Source: Eledone cirrhosa
Taxonomy: Eukaryota
Reading direction: 5' to 3'
DNA: 64,000 nucleotides
Assembly (NCBI GenBank): GCA_964016885.1
Contig: OZ024743.1
Span: 202,492,001 to 202,556,000, forward strand
Part shown: positions 27,120-40,144 of the stretch, piece after piece
How positions within the stretch are numbered: the stretch's first letter is position 1
How the letters are laid out: every line of letters starts with the position of its first letter
Program-made: the position numbers and the translations under genes
Notes under the pieces: model-generated
What the model was told of the DNA's origin: nothing
The model's input: the letters and a program-made list of their open reading frames with translations, nothing else
Databases searched by the model: none

Positions 27120-28244
27120 CGAATAAGGAAAAGCGAAGTAGTTTCAGATGTTAAAGTACTTTAATAATAATGCTGTGATATATATTTAAATGACGACACT
27201 AGCCACACTATTCTGTGTGCGAGTGTCGTGACATCATCAGACAGCTCAATTCAATCTATACATTGACAGATTGACAATCATATGGATCATTTTGCATATA
27301 TGTACTCTGTGTTTTTGCATTTATTCATTATTGGTTCTTTTCTTGTGTGTACTTTATGTCTGTTTTTCTTTGGTTTTGTTCCATGTGATGGAAATTATGA
27401 CTGTGTAGCAGATTGACTACTGCCTTGAATACTGTAGTTTACCCTCCGTTCTAATGTACGGCACTGTCGTTCAATATATGGATAGAGTAACTGTGACATT
27501 AGAACCTCTCTCAGAACTTCTTACTTAAACATCTCTCTCCATATTATTTACTCACTTCAATCTACATTTGTTTACTCACCTCAATCCGGATTCTCACTTG
27601 AACATTTTTTTATTTTTAATTGTTAATTTTTTAATTGTTTAATTCATAATTTCTGATATTTGATTTAGGATTTTAATTTTTATTTCCAACTCTCACTCTT
27701 AACTTCCAATGTAAAAACATGATACCTAGAATTAAGTTTATTTTCTCTTATGAGTTGATGGTCAGTCGTACTGTCCACGCTTGGTGAGAGGTAGTATTGT
27801 GACCTGTAAAAACTAACACTCTCCCATCCCCTCTGGCTATCGGCTGACTGCCACAGTCGAGATGGGTAGCAGTTAACTATGGTACAGGCATTGGTGGGCC
27901 ATTGTTTGGCTGAGAGGATGAACTGACTAAGCGAATTTCGTTGAAATCTGCGGTAGCTAATGGTCAATTTCCTTCGGACATGCGCCTGCGCAGACCGGTG
28001 GGCGTGAATTGGTACTCACAAGGGAACGGATGAAGAACCCAAAAGCACAGTCTTCATCCGTTCCCATGTCGATTCAATTTGGATTGCCTCGGAAACATAA
28101 CCATATTATGTAACAAGCTGCCTGATGATGTCACGACACTCGCACACAGAACAGTGTGGCCAGTGTCGTCATTGAAATATATATCACAGCATTATTATTA
28201 AAGGACTTTATCATCTGAAACTACGTCGCTTTTCCTTATTCGAT
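27119..28244 (-). mobile_element. Inverted-repeat-bounded PLE remnant with a hammerhead in each arm
   Basis: 27119-27247 is the inverse of 28116-28244. HHR at 28117-28190: GCTG(C/T)-CTGATGA-long stem II-GAAA-TATATA-TC-ACAGC. The interior may encode a decayed GIY-YIG C-terminus (HQLIRENKLNSRY). Confidence 0.72.
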
Positions 28245-28358
28245 ATTTACTCCGTCACTCCTATGTGGAAAAAGTACGTTGAGTGATTGAATTGAATTGC
28301 ATCAATATTTACCCTAATATATATATAGACATGTATATACATATATAGACATGTATAA

Positions 28359-28416
<58 letters not shown>

Positions 28417-28451
28417 GTATATACATATATATATATATACATATATATATT

Positions 28452-28517
<66 letters not shown>

Positions 28518-28639
28518 AATATAGACATAGAATATTCGAAAATATTCTGTATGTTTATAATAAACATTTTGAAGACCTAATCGCTATAGAATAGAATACG
28601 TCACGTATTACAATTAGATTCTCGATAAAAGCAAGGGAA

Positions 28640-28682
28640 GTAATCTACGCGTTTCATTCTTGTTAGAAATCATCAGGACTAC
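28640..28682 (-). ncRNA. Type I hammerhead (further - strand copies at 28950-28992 and 29260-29302)
   Basis: Reverse complement of GTAGTC-CTGATGA-TTTCTAACAAGAAT-GAAA-CGCG-TA-GATTAC. Confidence 0.88.
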
Positions 28683-29686
28683 ATATCCAGTGCTTTTATC
28701 GAGAATGACACAGCTAGAGACTTATAGAATACTTAGCTGTGTACAGGAACTGGTTTGAAAGAGCGGTTGCCGGTCCGGCAGAAATTAGAAATTGGAATAA
28801 ATGCTCTGAAATAGCGATATATATGTGAATATAGACATAGAATATTCGAAAATATTCTGTATGTTTATAATAAACATTTTGAAGACCTAATCGCTATAGA
28901 ATAGAATACGTCACGTATTACAATTAGATTCTCGATAAAAGCAAGGGAAGTAATCTACGCGTTTCATTCTTGTTAGAAATCATCAGGACTACATATCCAG
29001 TGCTTTTATCGAGAATGACACAGCTAGAGACTTATAGAATACTTAGCTGTGTACAGGAACTGGTTTGAAAGAGCGGTTGCCGGTCCGGCAGAAATTAGAA
29101 ATTGGAATAAATGCTCTGAAATAGCGATATATATGTGAATATAGACATAGAATATTCGAAAATATTCTGTATGTTTATAATAAACATTTTGAAGACCTAA
29201 TCGCTATAGAATAGAATACGTCACGTATTACAATTAGATTCTCGATAAAAGCAAGGGAAGTAATCTACGCGTTTCATTCTTGTTAGAAATCATCAGGACT
29301 ACATATCCAGTGCTTTTATCGAGAATGACACAGCTAGAGACTTATAGAATACTTATAGAATAAAAGCACTGGATATGTAGTCCTGATGATTTCTAACAAG
29401 AATGAAACGCGTAGATTACGTCCCTTGCTTTTATCGAGAATCTAATTGTAATACGTGACGTATTCTATTCTATAGCGATTAGGTCTTCAAAATGTTTATT
29501 ATAAACATACAGAATATTTTCGAATATTCTATGTCTATATTCACATATATATCGCTATTTCAGAGCATTTATTCCAATTTCTAATTTCTGCCGGACCGGC
29601 AACCGCTCTTTCAAACCAGTTCCTGTACACAGCTAAGTATTCTATAAGTCTCTAGCTGTGTCATTCTCGATAAAAGCACTGGATAT

Positions 29687-29729
29687 GTAGTCCTGATGAT
29701 TTCTAACAAGAATGAAACGCGTAGATTAC
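29687..29729 (+). ncRNA. Type I hammerhead (further + strand copies at 29377, 29997 and 30307)
   Basis: Stem I GTAGTC/GATTAC, core CTGATGA...GAAA, palindromic CGCG stem III, GUA cleavage triplet. Distal stem I extension ATTCTCGATAAAAGCA/TGCTTTTATCGAGAAT. Confidence 0.9.
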
Positions 29730-30502
29730 TTCCCTTGCTTTTATCGAGAATCTAATTGTAATACGTGACGTATTCTATTCTATAGCGATTAGGTCTTCAA
29801 AATGTTTATTATAAACATACAGAATATTTTCGAATATTCTATGTCTATATTCACATATATATCGCTATTTCAGAGCATTTATTCCAATTTCTAATTTCTG
29901 CCGGACCGGCAACCGCTCTTTCAAACCAGTTCCTGTACACAGCTAAGTATTCTATAAGTCTCTAGCTGTGTCATTCTCGATAAAAGCACTGGATATGTAG
30001 TCCTGATGATTTCTAACAAGAATGAAACGCGTAGATTACTTCCCTTGCTTTTATCGAGAATCTAATTGTAATACGTGACGTATTCTATTCTATAGCGATT
30101 AGGTCTTCAAAATGTTTATTATAAACATACAGAATATTTTCGAATATTCTATGTCTATATTCACATATATATCGCTATTTCAGAGCATTTATTCCAATTT
30201 CTAATTTCTGCCGGACCGGCAACCGCTCTTTCAAACCAGTTCCTGTACACAGCTAAGTATTCTATAAGTCTCTAGCTGTGTCATTCTCGATAAAAGCACT
30301 GGATATGTAGTCCTGATGATTTCTAACAAGAATGAAACGCGTAGATTACTTCCCTTGCTTTTATCGAGAATCTAATTGTAATACGTGACGTATTCTATTC
30401 TATAGCGATTAGGTCTTCAAAATGTTTATTATAAACATACAGAATATTTTCGAATATTCTATGTCTATATTCACATATATATCGCTATTTCAGAGCATTT
30501 AT

Positions 30503-30639
<137 letters not shown>

Positions 30640-31249
30640 GACATGGGGGAAGAAAAGATGGCTTCACTTGTGCTTTCAACAAATTTATTTTCTTCACGAA
30701 ATCCAAAAATAATTTTTTTCCGGATTAGAAAAAAAATCTTTTTCTTAAAAAAAAATGATTTTATAAATTAAGTTAGGTCTTAGGAGTTCTTGGTTAACGT
30801 AGGAGGTATTGTTTCGTTTTTAGATCGACCTTTCACGCTGAGGTGCGCTTGTCAAACTGATGTGTATGTGGTGTGTTGTTCTATATATAGGGATTTGACA
30901 TGTCTGTGGTGTGGTGGAGTTTTTTTCTCCCTCTTTTTAATGTGTATGGGTGTAGGTGTGTTGAAAAAGTGTTAATAGCAGTAATGAGTTGAGACGGTGA
31001 GTAGGGTTGGGTGGGGAGAATTGTAGCAAGTGCGGCCTGCCCCGGTCATTCTCGAAAAATTCCTTTATTCAGGGGATTCCTTTGTGTTGAGAATGGTCAC
31101 AGGCAAATCGCACCTGCCAAGTTTGTAAACAATTATATTTTTCTGAAGAATTTTTCTACGTCCGTCCCAAAATTAGTCCTTTGTTCAACACACACATATG
31201 TGCGTATATACGTACATACACACACGGGCATATGTAGGAATATATAGGC

Positions 31250-31483
31250 ACACACCATCAATCACACACCCATGTACATATACATCCCCATACATACACA
31301 AAAACATATAAAGACACATACAAAAACACATATACACACACGTACACACGAATATGTACTCATACCTTCACATCGGTATATATGTATATACATACATATA
31401 CATACATATACACACATAAAGATACATAACTAAATATACATATATACCCATACACGCACACATACATACACACACACACACGT

Positions 31484-31520
<37 letters not shown>

Positions 31521-31625
31521 CATATGTCCGTATATATACCTCCGTTCACACATACATGCATACACACACACACACATATACACACATACATATATATAAA
31601 CATATATATATAGAGAGAGAGTCAT

Positions 31626-31686
<61 letters not shown>

Positions 31687-31789
31687 TATATACATACACA
31701 TATACATACATATATGTACACATAAACAGATACATATACATACACACATATACATATATATACACATATACATATATCTATATATATAT

Positions 31790-31838
<49 letters not shown>

Positions 31839-31897
31839 CATACACATACACATACAAGTACATACATACACACATACATATATACACATACATATAC

Positions 31898-31959
<62 letters not shown>

Positions 31960-32033
31960 ACATACACACACATACATACACACATATATATATGTATATA
32001 TGTGTGTACACACAAGCACATAAAGACACATAT

Positions 32034-32064
<31 letters not shown>

Positions 32065-32212
32065 CATATATACATATATATACATACATCTACATACATA
32101 CATATACACATACAGAAACATACACATATGTACACACATATATACATATATGCACATACATACACACACACATATATATAGAGATACATACATATACATA
32201 CACAGACATATA

Positions 32213-32248
<36 letters not shown>
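31250..32248. repeat. Compound (AT)/(AC) microsatellite block
   Basis: Read directly from the sequence. Confidence 0.95.
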
Positions 32249-32251
<3 letters not shown>

Positions 32252-32459
32252 TTAAGGGTACTATTTATGGTTATGTATGCAATAAAACCTTTGATGGTAA
32301 TATATTATATATATACACAAACCCTAAATAGTGAGAGATAGTCATTAATTACTATCCTATTACCAGTAAGTTAAATAGCTCAATGTAATAACATCAGTTG
32401 TTATACAGAGCAGTTATATAGAGATTACAGTAATCAAAGTTCAGTTTAAGTCATTTATT

Positions 32460-32506
32460 TGCTTACAAATGTTTCCTCCAAACCGAGGTTTGGATTCTTC
32501 GGAGCA
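32460..32506 (-). ncRNA. pLTR hammerhead with C4 core variant
   Basis: TGCT-CCGAAGA-aTCCAAAC ctcg GTTTGGAg-GAAA-CATTTG-TA-AGCA; the inverted copy has the palindrome CAATTG. Confidence 0.72.
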
Positions 32507-34046
32507 GCTATTTATAACATACTTGACCTCCTTTTCAACCCAAGAGACACATAAAACATATGCGCATATTGATCAACAGTGGGGTGACATTCATCAAATG
32601 AAATAGCATTGCAATTTACATATAAAGTGTTACATGATAAAAATAAAATAAAATAAAATAAAATAAAAGCAAGAGTGAAAATAAAGATAAACATGAAGCG
32701 TTGGCAGTCTATGAAGATAAAGCAAGAGGAAAGCTTAGAGTAGTCAGTGCATGAAGCAATCTCCCGTGTAGCATGCACGCTTGTCTTATCTATACATGAT
32801 TAGAGTGCGTCAGAATGATATTTGCAGGGTCAGGCAGTTGTAGCAGGCAATCGATCTTATAATATAGGCTGAATTATTAAGTCATTTATTCTCATACATC
32901 TGTATGATATACAGTCTCGGATGCGGGGAAACACCAAAATATCAAAAACCTTCAACATACTATAAACCTTATTGTATCGTAGGCAAGGTCGTACCACTGT
33001 CCTTGCTCACACCACCACTGACATAATCCATGAGACGCAATATATATATAGAGAACACGCGTCTATCGTATAATTCGCAGTGGTTCAGCATATAGTCAAG
33101 CTATAAGCGGTATCCAGTCGGTTCTTAATTAATATATCATGCTGTCCAAATTCCGGAAGTGCCTGAATGATTAAGGGGAATTAATGCGTAAGGGGAGGTA
33201 ACTAGCTAGTTATTTTAGTTTCATTACTATGCTAAACTACATTAATGGTGATTCAAATACGTGCCTTCATGTGAAGTTATAACTAATATCTAGAGTATGG
33301 TACCCATTTATAAGTTAGAGAGTTGTTCATTAAGAAGTACAAGGGTGTATATACTAGGATTATTGCCAACCAATAATTAAGGGGTGTCATATCTGAACGT
33401 TCTATAAGAGGAGTCGGACTCTCAAGTCACTGCTCCATGCAAATGTAATACAACAGTAGGACCTGGTATGGTCCCACTATTATATATGCCACCCGGTAGG
33501 CTCCGGGTCATTGCTTGCCTGCATCTCCAGTAAATCTTCAGTATGGTCCGGAGATCCGATCTCTCATATAAACGCACTAGTCTGGCCATCAGGTAATAGA
33601 CAACCCCCGTCTCAAATATAAATCAATTATGTATCACATCTCCAAGCTAGAGTGGAGTCTATTAATAGGTATTAAAGGAGTCTACATCAAGATGATTACG
33701 TGCATAATTCAATGAACTGATCGCTTACAGTATATACTCACTTAACAATACGATTATCTATCTAATGATCAATCTATCTCTTGGTGGTAATCCATGCACA
33801 GAACTATGCTATCACAACCAGTACCGTGTCCCCAATTTATACTAATCTTATATTTGTGCAATGCAGAATAAGTAGTCCACGGTCGGGATATCAGTATGAG
33901 AGGTACAAGTGGGTATTCCCAGGGTAGGTGGCACTCAAATGCTGTCAGTATTATCTTTAGAGTATAGAGATGGGTGTGGATGTGAGGTGTAAGGTGTGCT
34001 ACTGATGTTAATTGCTAGGGGTGGTGCCGGTTCCAGTCTGACATTA

Positions 34047-35358
34047 TTATATATAGGGTTTAAAGTTTTGGAACGAGTGTCGGAAGCGGTGTTGGCAATT
34101 TGCGAACACTTCTGATTTTTTATTAAGGAGATTATGTTTAGAGAAGATGATAGTATGTGTCTCTAGTAGACAGAGGTTACAAAATTTATCAGGTGGTTTG
34201 TACGATGTTGCACTACCTACCACTTCCCATTTAAGTGTATATATTTTATTTTTAGTTTTTAGATAGTGTATGTAGCTAGATAGTGAAGTGGAGTTGGTTA
34301 GACTGTGTTTTTTGAAAGAGTGGAGGTGCGAATTGTATCTAGTTTTGAAGCAGTTAGAAGTGGAGCCTATGTAGGTTTCAGAAGAGCTGTTAGTTGTGAC
34401 TGTACATGAGTATATGATATCCTTGGTTAAGCATTTTTTATCTAAAGGGCAGGTTCTACTTGATCTACAGTTACAATTACTCTGGGTGCTAGTCTGCCGG
34501 TTACTATGCTGTGTAGAGGTTTGGAGGTTAGCTATAGGGTTATGGTTATGCGGGTTGTGGTACGCAGCGTTAATGTTTACACTAGTGCTATTACTACTAT
34601 TTCTATTGATATTACGGTTATTTGTTATAATGTTACTTTGACTGTCATTTTGAATGTTATTTTGAAGGTTTATCGACCGTTGTGATTTAGTTTGTTGGAA
34701 GTAAGAATTAATTTTTCTTTTATTTGTACTAGCTATGTGGTATGCTAAGTTAGGCGTAGTAGAGTATGAGATCTTAATAGTGTTTTTGTTTAAAAGGCCG
34801 TGGTACCTGTGGCCGGATGGGAAGTGTTTATCTAGTAGTGAGAAGAAAGCCCTAGGAAGGTTGGTAGAGACGTTTAAATTGAAAGGAGGGTTGAAAAATG
34901 TATTATTTCTTCTTCTATTTCTGTTTTTTATGTCTGGTGATTTGTTTCCTTTAATGTTCCTATGGTCATTTCTGTGGTGCGGGTTACTCTTGTTGTTACA
35001 ATCCCTATTAGTGTGTGTGCAGTTGCTATTCTTATTATTAAATTTTCCCATGGACATGTTGTGTGAAATGATGTTGTAGCTATGTGTTTTTGTAGGTAGG
35101 AACTCTATCCCTGTATTATGGCCTGATCTAGCTAATGCCTGATTATAATACTGCGAGTTATTGTTAAATGTGTTTATGTCATAGGATAGATTAGAGATTC
35201 TATTAGATACTCCCTTAGAGATATAGTTCAATATAGATTTAGGGTGGTTAGACTTGGTATCTACGTAGATGAGTTTTTCATTAGGTTTGTGGAAAGGTGC
35301 ATATATCATTGAGTCTAGGTAGAGTGTGGCGTCTAGGAAGTTGACGTTTTTGGTGTTT
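34047..35358 (-). CDS. PLE ORF C-terminal half: RT thumb, Asn-rich linker and GIY-YIG endonuclease
   Basis: VNFLDATL, PFHKPN, SNHP, FFNPPF, CNCRxxxxCPLxxxC, IIYSC..TYIGST, FKTRYNSH, CNLCLLE and LNKKSE..CQH. The first residues of the listed ORF come from the inverted pLTR. Confidence 0.9.
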
Positions 35359-35469
35359 AATCCAAACCTCGGTTTGGAGGAAACAATTGTAAGCAAATAA
35401 ATGACTTAAACTGAACTTTGATTACTGTAATCTCTCTCTCTCTCTATATATATATATATACACAAACAT

Positions 35470-35508
<39 letters not shown>

Positions 35509-35523
35509 TACACACATACACAC

Positions 35524-35562
<39 letters not shown>

Positions 35563-35739
35563 CATACAAACATACACACATCCATACATATATATACACA
35601 CACACATACACACACCCACATACATATATACCCACACGTACATACATCCATACATACCTACACACACATATGTGTGTGTCTCACCGTTCACTCAGATGTT
35701 CATGTGTACACATAAGAAGAGGGGCGGAGGGTAGTGAAA

Positions 35740-36420
35740 TGGAATTTTACCTCCGAGTGTTAATTCATTACTTCGTGTTCAGTAGTGGTTTAATTTTTTC
35801 AATTAAGTATTCTTCTTTATATCTGCGGAAATGTTCGTTATCCGACCATATCTTGAAGAAAGGGAAGATTGTGAATTTTCCCTTCCCGCATGATGCAAAG
35901 TGTGCGCTACATGTGGTATTTCTGACTGTGGGGTCTTTAATTTGTTGTTTATGTACCCGGAATCTATCATATAATCTCGTTCCGTTTTCCCAAATGTAAT
36001 ACTCTTTACACTGTGGACATGTTGCGCAATATATTAGGTTTTTCGTTTTGCAGTTCATGACCTTGAAATTATCATGGTTTTTGAAGGACAACTGTTTGCC
36101 CTCTTCGATGAGTTCACAGGTTCCACATCTAGGGTCCCCGCATTTCGTCACTTGCATTGATTCCATGTTGGTCGTAAATTTTGCCTTGGTAATTAGTTTT
36201 TTACGGTTGGGTGCTTGGCGTCTGCTATAAATTATCTGTGTGTTTTTTAAGAGTGCATTCATTTTGGTAGATTGCTGTAGAATCGGGAGATACTGCTTAG
36301 CAGTTTTCACAATGTTGATGTTCCCTGGGTTGTGAGCGATGACAAAAGAGATAGCAGGGTTTTCTTTTTTTATGTTGTGGGTTTGGTTTTCTCAGTGTTG
36401 TTATTGGGATGTTCTTAGCC
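35740..36420 (-). mobile_element. Penelope-like element fragment (Neptune-type linker and GIY-YIG)
   Basis: ORF 35768-36310: RQAPNRKKLI, KCGDPRCGTC, NLIYCATCPQC..YYI, RFRVH and KEEYLIEKIKPLLN; the YIGE motif has decayed. Confidence 0.85.
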
Positions 36421-36422
36421 TA

Positions 36423-36469
<47 letters not shown>

Positions 36470-36471
<2 letters not shown>

Positions 36472-37191
36472 TATTGTTTTAGAGTAGTGACATACTCACT
36501 TACTTTAATTTCAGCAAACAGGGGGAGATAAAGTTGACAAGCCTTGTTTCTGCATTTATTGATGCTTATCAAAGCCAACTACTCCTCCCGTTTGCTGAAA
36601 TCACGGATGTTATGTTCTTATACAATTCTAGTAAATAATCAGGAACTGATTATGCTTGACCCGCAACCGCTCTGTATCAATAAATGCAGAAACAACGCCT
36701 TGTCAGGTTTATCTCCCCCTGTTTGCTGAAATTAAAGTAAGTGAGTCTGTCACTACTCTAAAACAATAGCATAAGGCCTCAAAATGCTTTTAATTAAGCA
36801 TAAAGTGTATTGCAAAATACACTATATATACATTCATATATATATATGGCTATTTCAGAGCACCAATTCTAATTTTTAATTTCTGCTTGACCGGCAACCG
36901 ATCTGTATAATCAGTTCCTGATTATTTACTAGAATTCTATAAGAACATAACATCCGTGATTTCAGCAAACGGGGGGAGTAGTTGGCTTTGATAAGCATCA
37001 ATAAATGCAGAAACAAGGCCTTGTCAGCTTTATTTCCCCCTGTTTGCTGAAATTAAAGTAAGTGAGTCTGTCACTACTCTAAAACGATAGCATAAGGTCC
37101 TCAACATGCTTTTAATTAAGCATAAAGTGTATTGCAAAATACACTATATATACATTCATATATATATGGCTATTTCAGAGCACCAATTCTA

Positions 37192-37195
<4 letters not shown>
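36470..37195. mobile_element. Retrozyme-like element (about 321-bp unit): inverted part plus about 1.6 direct units, with U3-A8 hammerheads
   Basis: GTTTGCTGAAATTAAAG at 36721 and 37042. HHRs at 36531-36576 (-) and 36984-37029 (+). Ends GCTATTTCAGAGCACCAATTCTAAT followed by (TA)n. Confidence 0.85.
36984..37029 (+). ncRNA. Type I hammerhead with U3-A8 core
   Basis: GGCT-TTGATAA-GCAT caataa ATGCa-GAAA-CAAGGCCTTG-TC-AGCT; distal helix ATTTCAGCAAACGGGGG/CCCCTGTTTGCTGAAAT. Confidence 0.8.
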
Positions 37196-37252
<57 letters not shown>

Positions 37253-37737
37253 CAGAAACAGATTTGAACATATTCCGATTCTAATCTACACTGCGTCTGG
37301 TGAAAAAAAAAGATCCAAGGAAAAATCATATGTTAATGTATGTGTGTACGTATTTATGAATGTAGGCCCAATACAAAGAGTAAACTGAAAGACTACAATC
37401 ACTCCATCTCACTTTCGCTCTCCCAAACATACGGAAAGCCACACGGAACATGCACATATACAGAGACCTTTCGTTTGACATATTTCATTGACAAAACATT
37501 GGGCAAACCGAGTCTATATTAAATAACACTTGTCTACGGAACTGTACAGTGGGACTGAACTCGAAACGATCTGTTTGTAACGAGAACTACTTCACCATGC
37601 AAGTATTAATATATGAAGTTAATGAATTTTGTTTGATATAAAATTCCCATAGGCATCCATAGAGGAATATGATGAATAATATGACTAATGTCGATAAGGG
37701 ACCGAAATATTAACAATATATATTTATATATATATAT

Positions 37738-38549
37738 AATCCAGGTCTAGCAAATAGAGAAAAAGTTTTAAAATAAATTTTAAAAGATTCGCTGTACTCA
37801 CTATATGTGCCTTTATGCCTTTACCGCGGTTTCAAGTTCCAAAATAAACGGATAATCCAAGTGGAACTACATTGAGAAGGGAACTATCTTCAGAAGGCTC
37901 TTCTCGCTCGGAGAATATAAAATTCCCGAGTTTAAATCACAAACTGACGCCATACAAAACCATTCCCAGATGAGAGTGAATGATGAAAGAAAGAATTCTG
38001 TCTAGTGCCATGTGCAAAGACAAAAGGCAGGGTGGACAGGTCAATGTCCTGCCACTAGAAATAACAGCAGTCCAAACGGCTAAGTTTTATCTCAAAATTA
38101 GGGGAGATTAATAATAATAAAGTATGTGTTCCTACGTGTAAAAAATACATATAGGGATACAAGTATTATCCAACCGTATGCCAATGTGGTTCTATGGCGA
38201 GTTAATAAATGAACAAGCCAGAACATGTAAAATCCAGGTCTAGTAAATAGAGAAAAAGTTTTAAAATAAATTTTAAAAAATTCGCTGTACTCACTATATG
38301 TGCCTTTACCGCGGTTTGAAGTTGCAAAATAAACGATTAATCCAAGCGGAACTCCATTGAGAAGGCTCTTCTCGCTCAGATAATATAAAATTCCCGAGTT
38401 TAAATAACAAACTGACGGCATACAAAACCATTCCCAGATGAGAGTGAATGATGAAAGATATAATTTTGTCTAGTGCCATGTGCAAAGACAAAAGGCAGGG
38501 TGGACAGGTCAATGTCCTGCCACTAGAAATAGCAGCAGTCCAAACGGCC

Positions 38550-38556
<7 letters not shown>
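37738..38556 (-). mobile_element. Tandem (about 493-bp period) hammerhead-bearing repeat in (TA)n
   Basis: CCAGGTCTAG at 37741 and 38234. HHR at 37817-37898: GCCTT-CTGAAGA-long stem II-GAAA-CCGCGG-TA-AAGGC. The second copy has lost the core by deletion. Confidence 0.8.
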
Positions 38557-38628
<72 letters not shown>

Positions 38629-38692
38629 TATATTACACAAATATGACCCTCCCCAAGTATAACAATATATATATATATACATATATATATAT

Positions 38693-38887
38693 TGTTATAC
38701 TTGGGGAGGGTCATATTTGTGTAATAATATTGCCAGAATTAATAACAGAACACACTCACTGTTTGGTTGGTTTTCGCTTCTGTGTCTCTTATATCGCTTA
38801 ATTTAATTTATTCGGTCCTCAATGTTGTCATTGATTGGCCAACGGTCAAAAATACAGACAACAATCATTCCATCTCGAAGTATAACA
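38693..38887. mobile_element. Short element with TGTTATACTT...AAGTATAACA termini (solo LTR or MITE)
   Basis: Inverted termini. The left end recurs inverted at 38630-38663 and also at about 45514 and 55207-55238, always next to (TA)n. Confidence 0.55.
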
Positions 38888-38938
38888 ATATTTGTTTCGA
38901 CACACGATTTCATATCAAAAACCTCGCAAAACTAATTC

Positions 38939-38997
<59 letters not shown>

Positions 38998-39005
38998 CAT
39001 ACATA

Positions 39006-39085
<80 letters not shown>

Positions 39086-39663
39086 TATGTGTGTGTGTGT
39101 ATATATGTATATTCGGTCTCGAACTTAACTTCTTTTATCGAGTGGTCTTGGATTTTCTACCTATAGTTGCTCGCACATTGCTCGGTTTGTGTTTTTTTCG
39201 CTGTTTTGTTATTGTTACTCTTTTCATCCCCTTTGCTTTCCTTCCCTCCTTCCTTCGTTTTCCCAATAACTCATCCAGTTATTGACGCCCTGGAGTGAAG
39301 TGATATCTTGTCTTTAAAGCGTAGAAATATCCTAGAACCCCAGTAGACAATTGATGAGGAACCCGTCTCCCCTGTTCTTGCTTTCTTCGTATTCCCACTG
39401 CATTTTAAGTTACCTTAAATAGCAACTACACCGCCATTTCTATTCTCCATATATTTCATCGATATATATATATATACATAGTTAGGGAAGCAGAAAAGTG
39501 CTTATTGTAATCCAGTTCGTGGTTAAGACAGCCAGTTTCATGGAGGGTTTCAACGTACGGTTAGGGGTAACTCAACAAGTTTGTAAGAATCACGTTCAAT
39601 CTTAGAGTGTAAAGGATAAAATAGAAAGCACAGGTAAACATTAAAAAAAGGATTTTATCCAAG

Positions 39664-39764
39664 TATTTACGACCGTTTCATTGGTAAGTGCAAACTTAAA
39701 TTGCTATACTGCAAATCGCAGCCACTCAGTAATAATTGCTGTACACTTCCAAATTTTCAAAATA
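39664..39764 (-). ncRNA. Hammerhead-like motif with U3-A8 core and long stem II
   Basis: TATT-TTGAAAA-tTTGGaAGTG...CACTtaCCAAt-GAAA-CGGTCG-TA-AATA. Confidence 0.55.
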
Positions 39765-40144
39765 GTGAATAAGTTACGCTTAACAAGTTCCTAATATATA
39801 AAACACATTTTTGGGAATTGTATTTGCTAGTATAGAGAGAGAGGAAGAGGAATTAAAAGTGATGGGACAAAGGGAGGGTGAGAAGAATTAGGAAGTAGGG
39901 TGACAAACTAAGATGGGGGAGGGGTAGAGGTGGAAGGAATCTTTGATCAGTTTTGATATATGTAGACATGATGTCGTCGATTTATAGTGTAGTGAGTTAT
40001 GGAGAATTAAATTGTTTATAGTTTGAGGGATGGAGAGAGAGAGAGAAAAAGCGAGATGGAGAGATATAGAGATAAATATATATATATATATAGTTGTTAT
40101 ATAATAAGGTGCATTATTGGTTGTGTAAAATGATCCCATAAATT

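Larger units (their letters stand above)
32249..35435 (-). mobile_element. 5'-truncated Penelope-like element (Naiad type) with 3' pLTR/hammerhead and an inverted partial pLTR at the 5' end
   Basis: RT C-terminus plus GIY-YIG ORF. 35359-35435 is an inverted copy of about 32420-32495, the typical PLE arrangement. HHR at 32460-32506. Confidence 0.9.
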
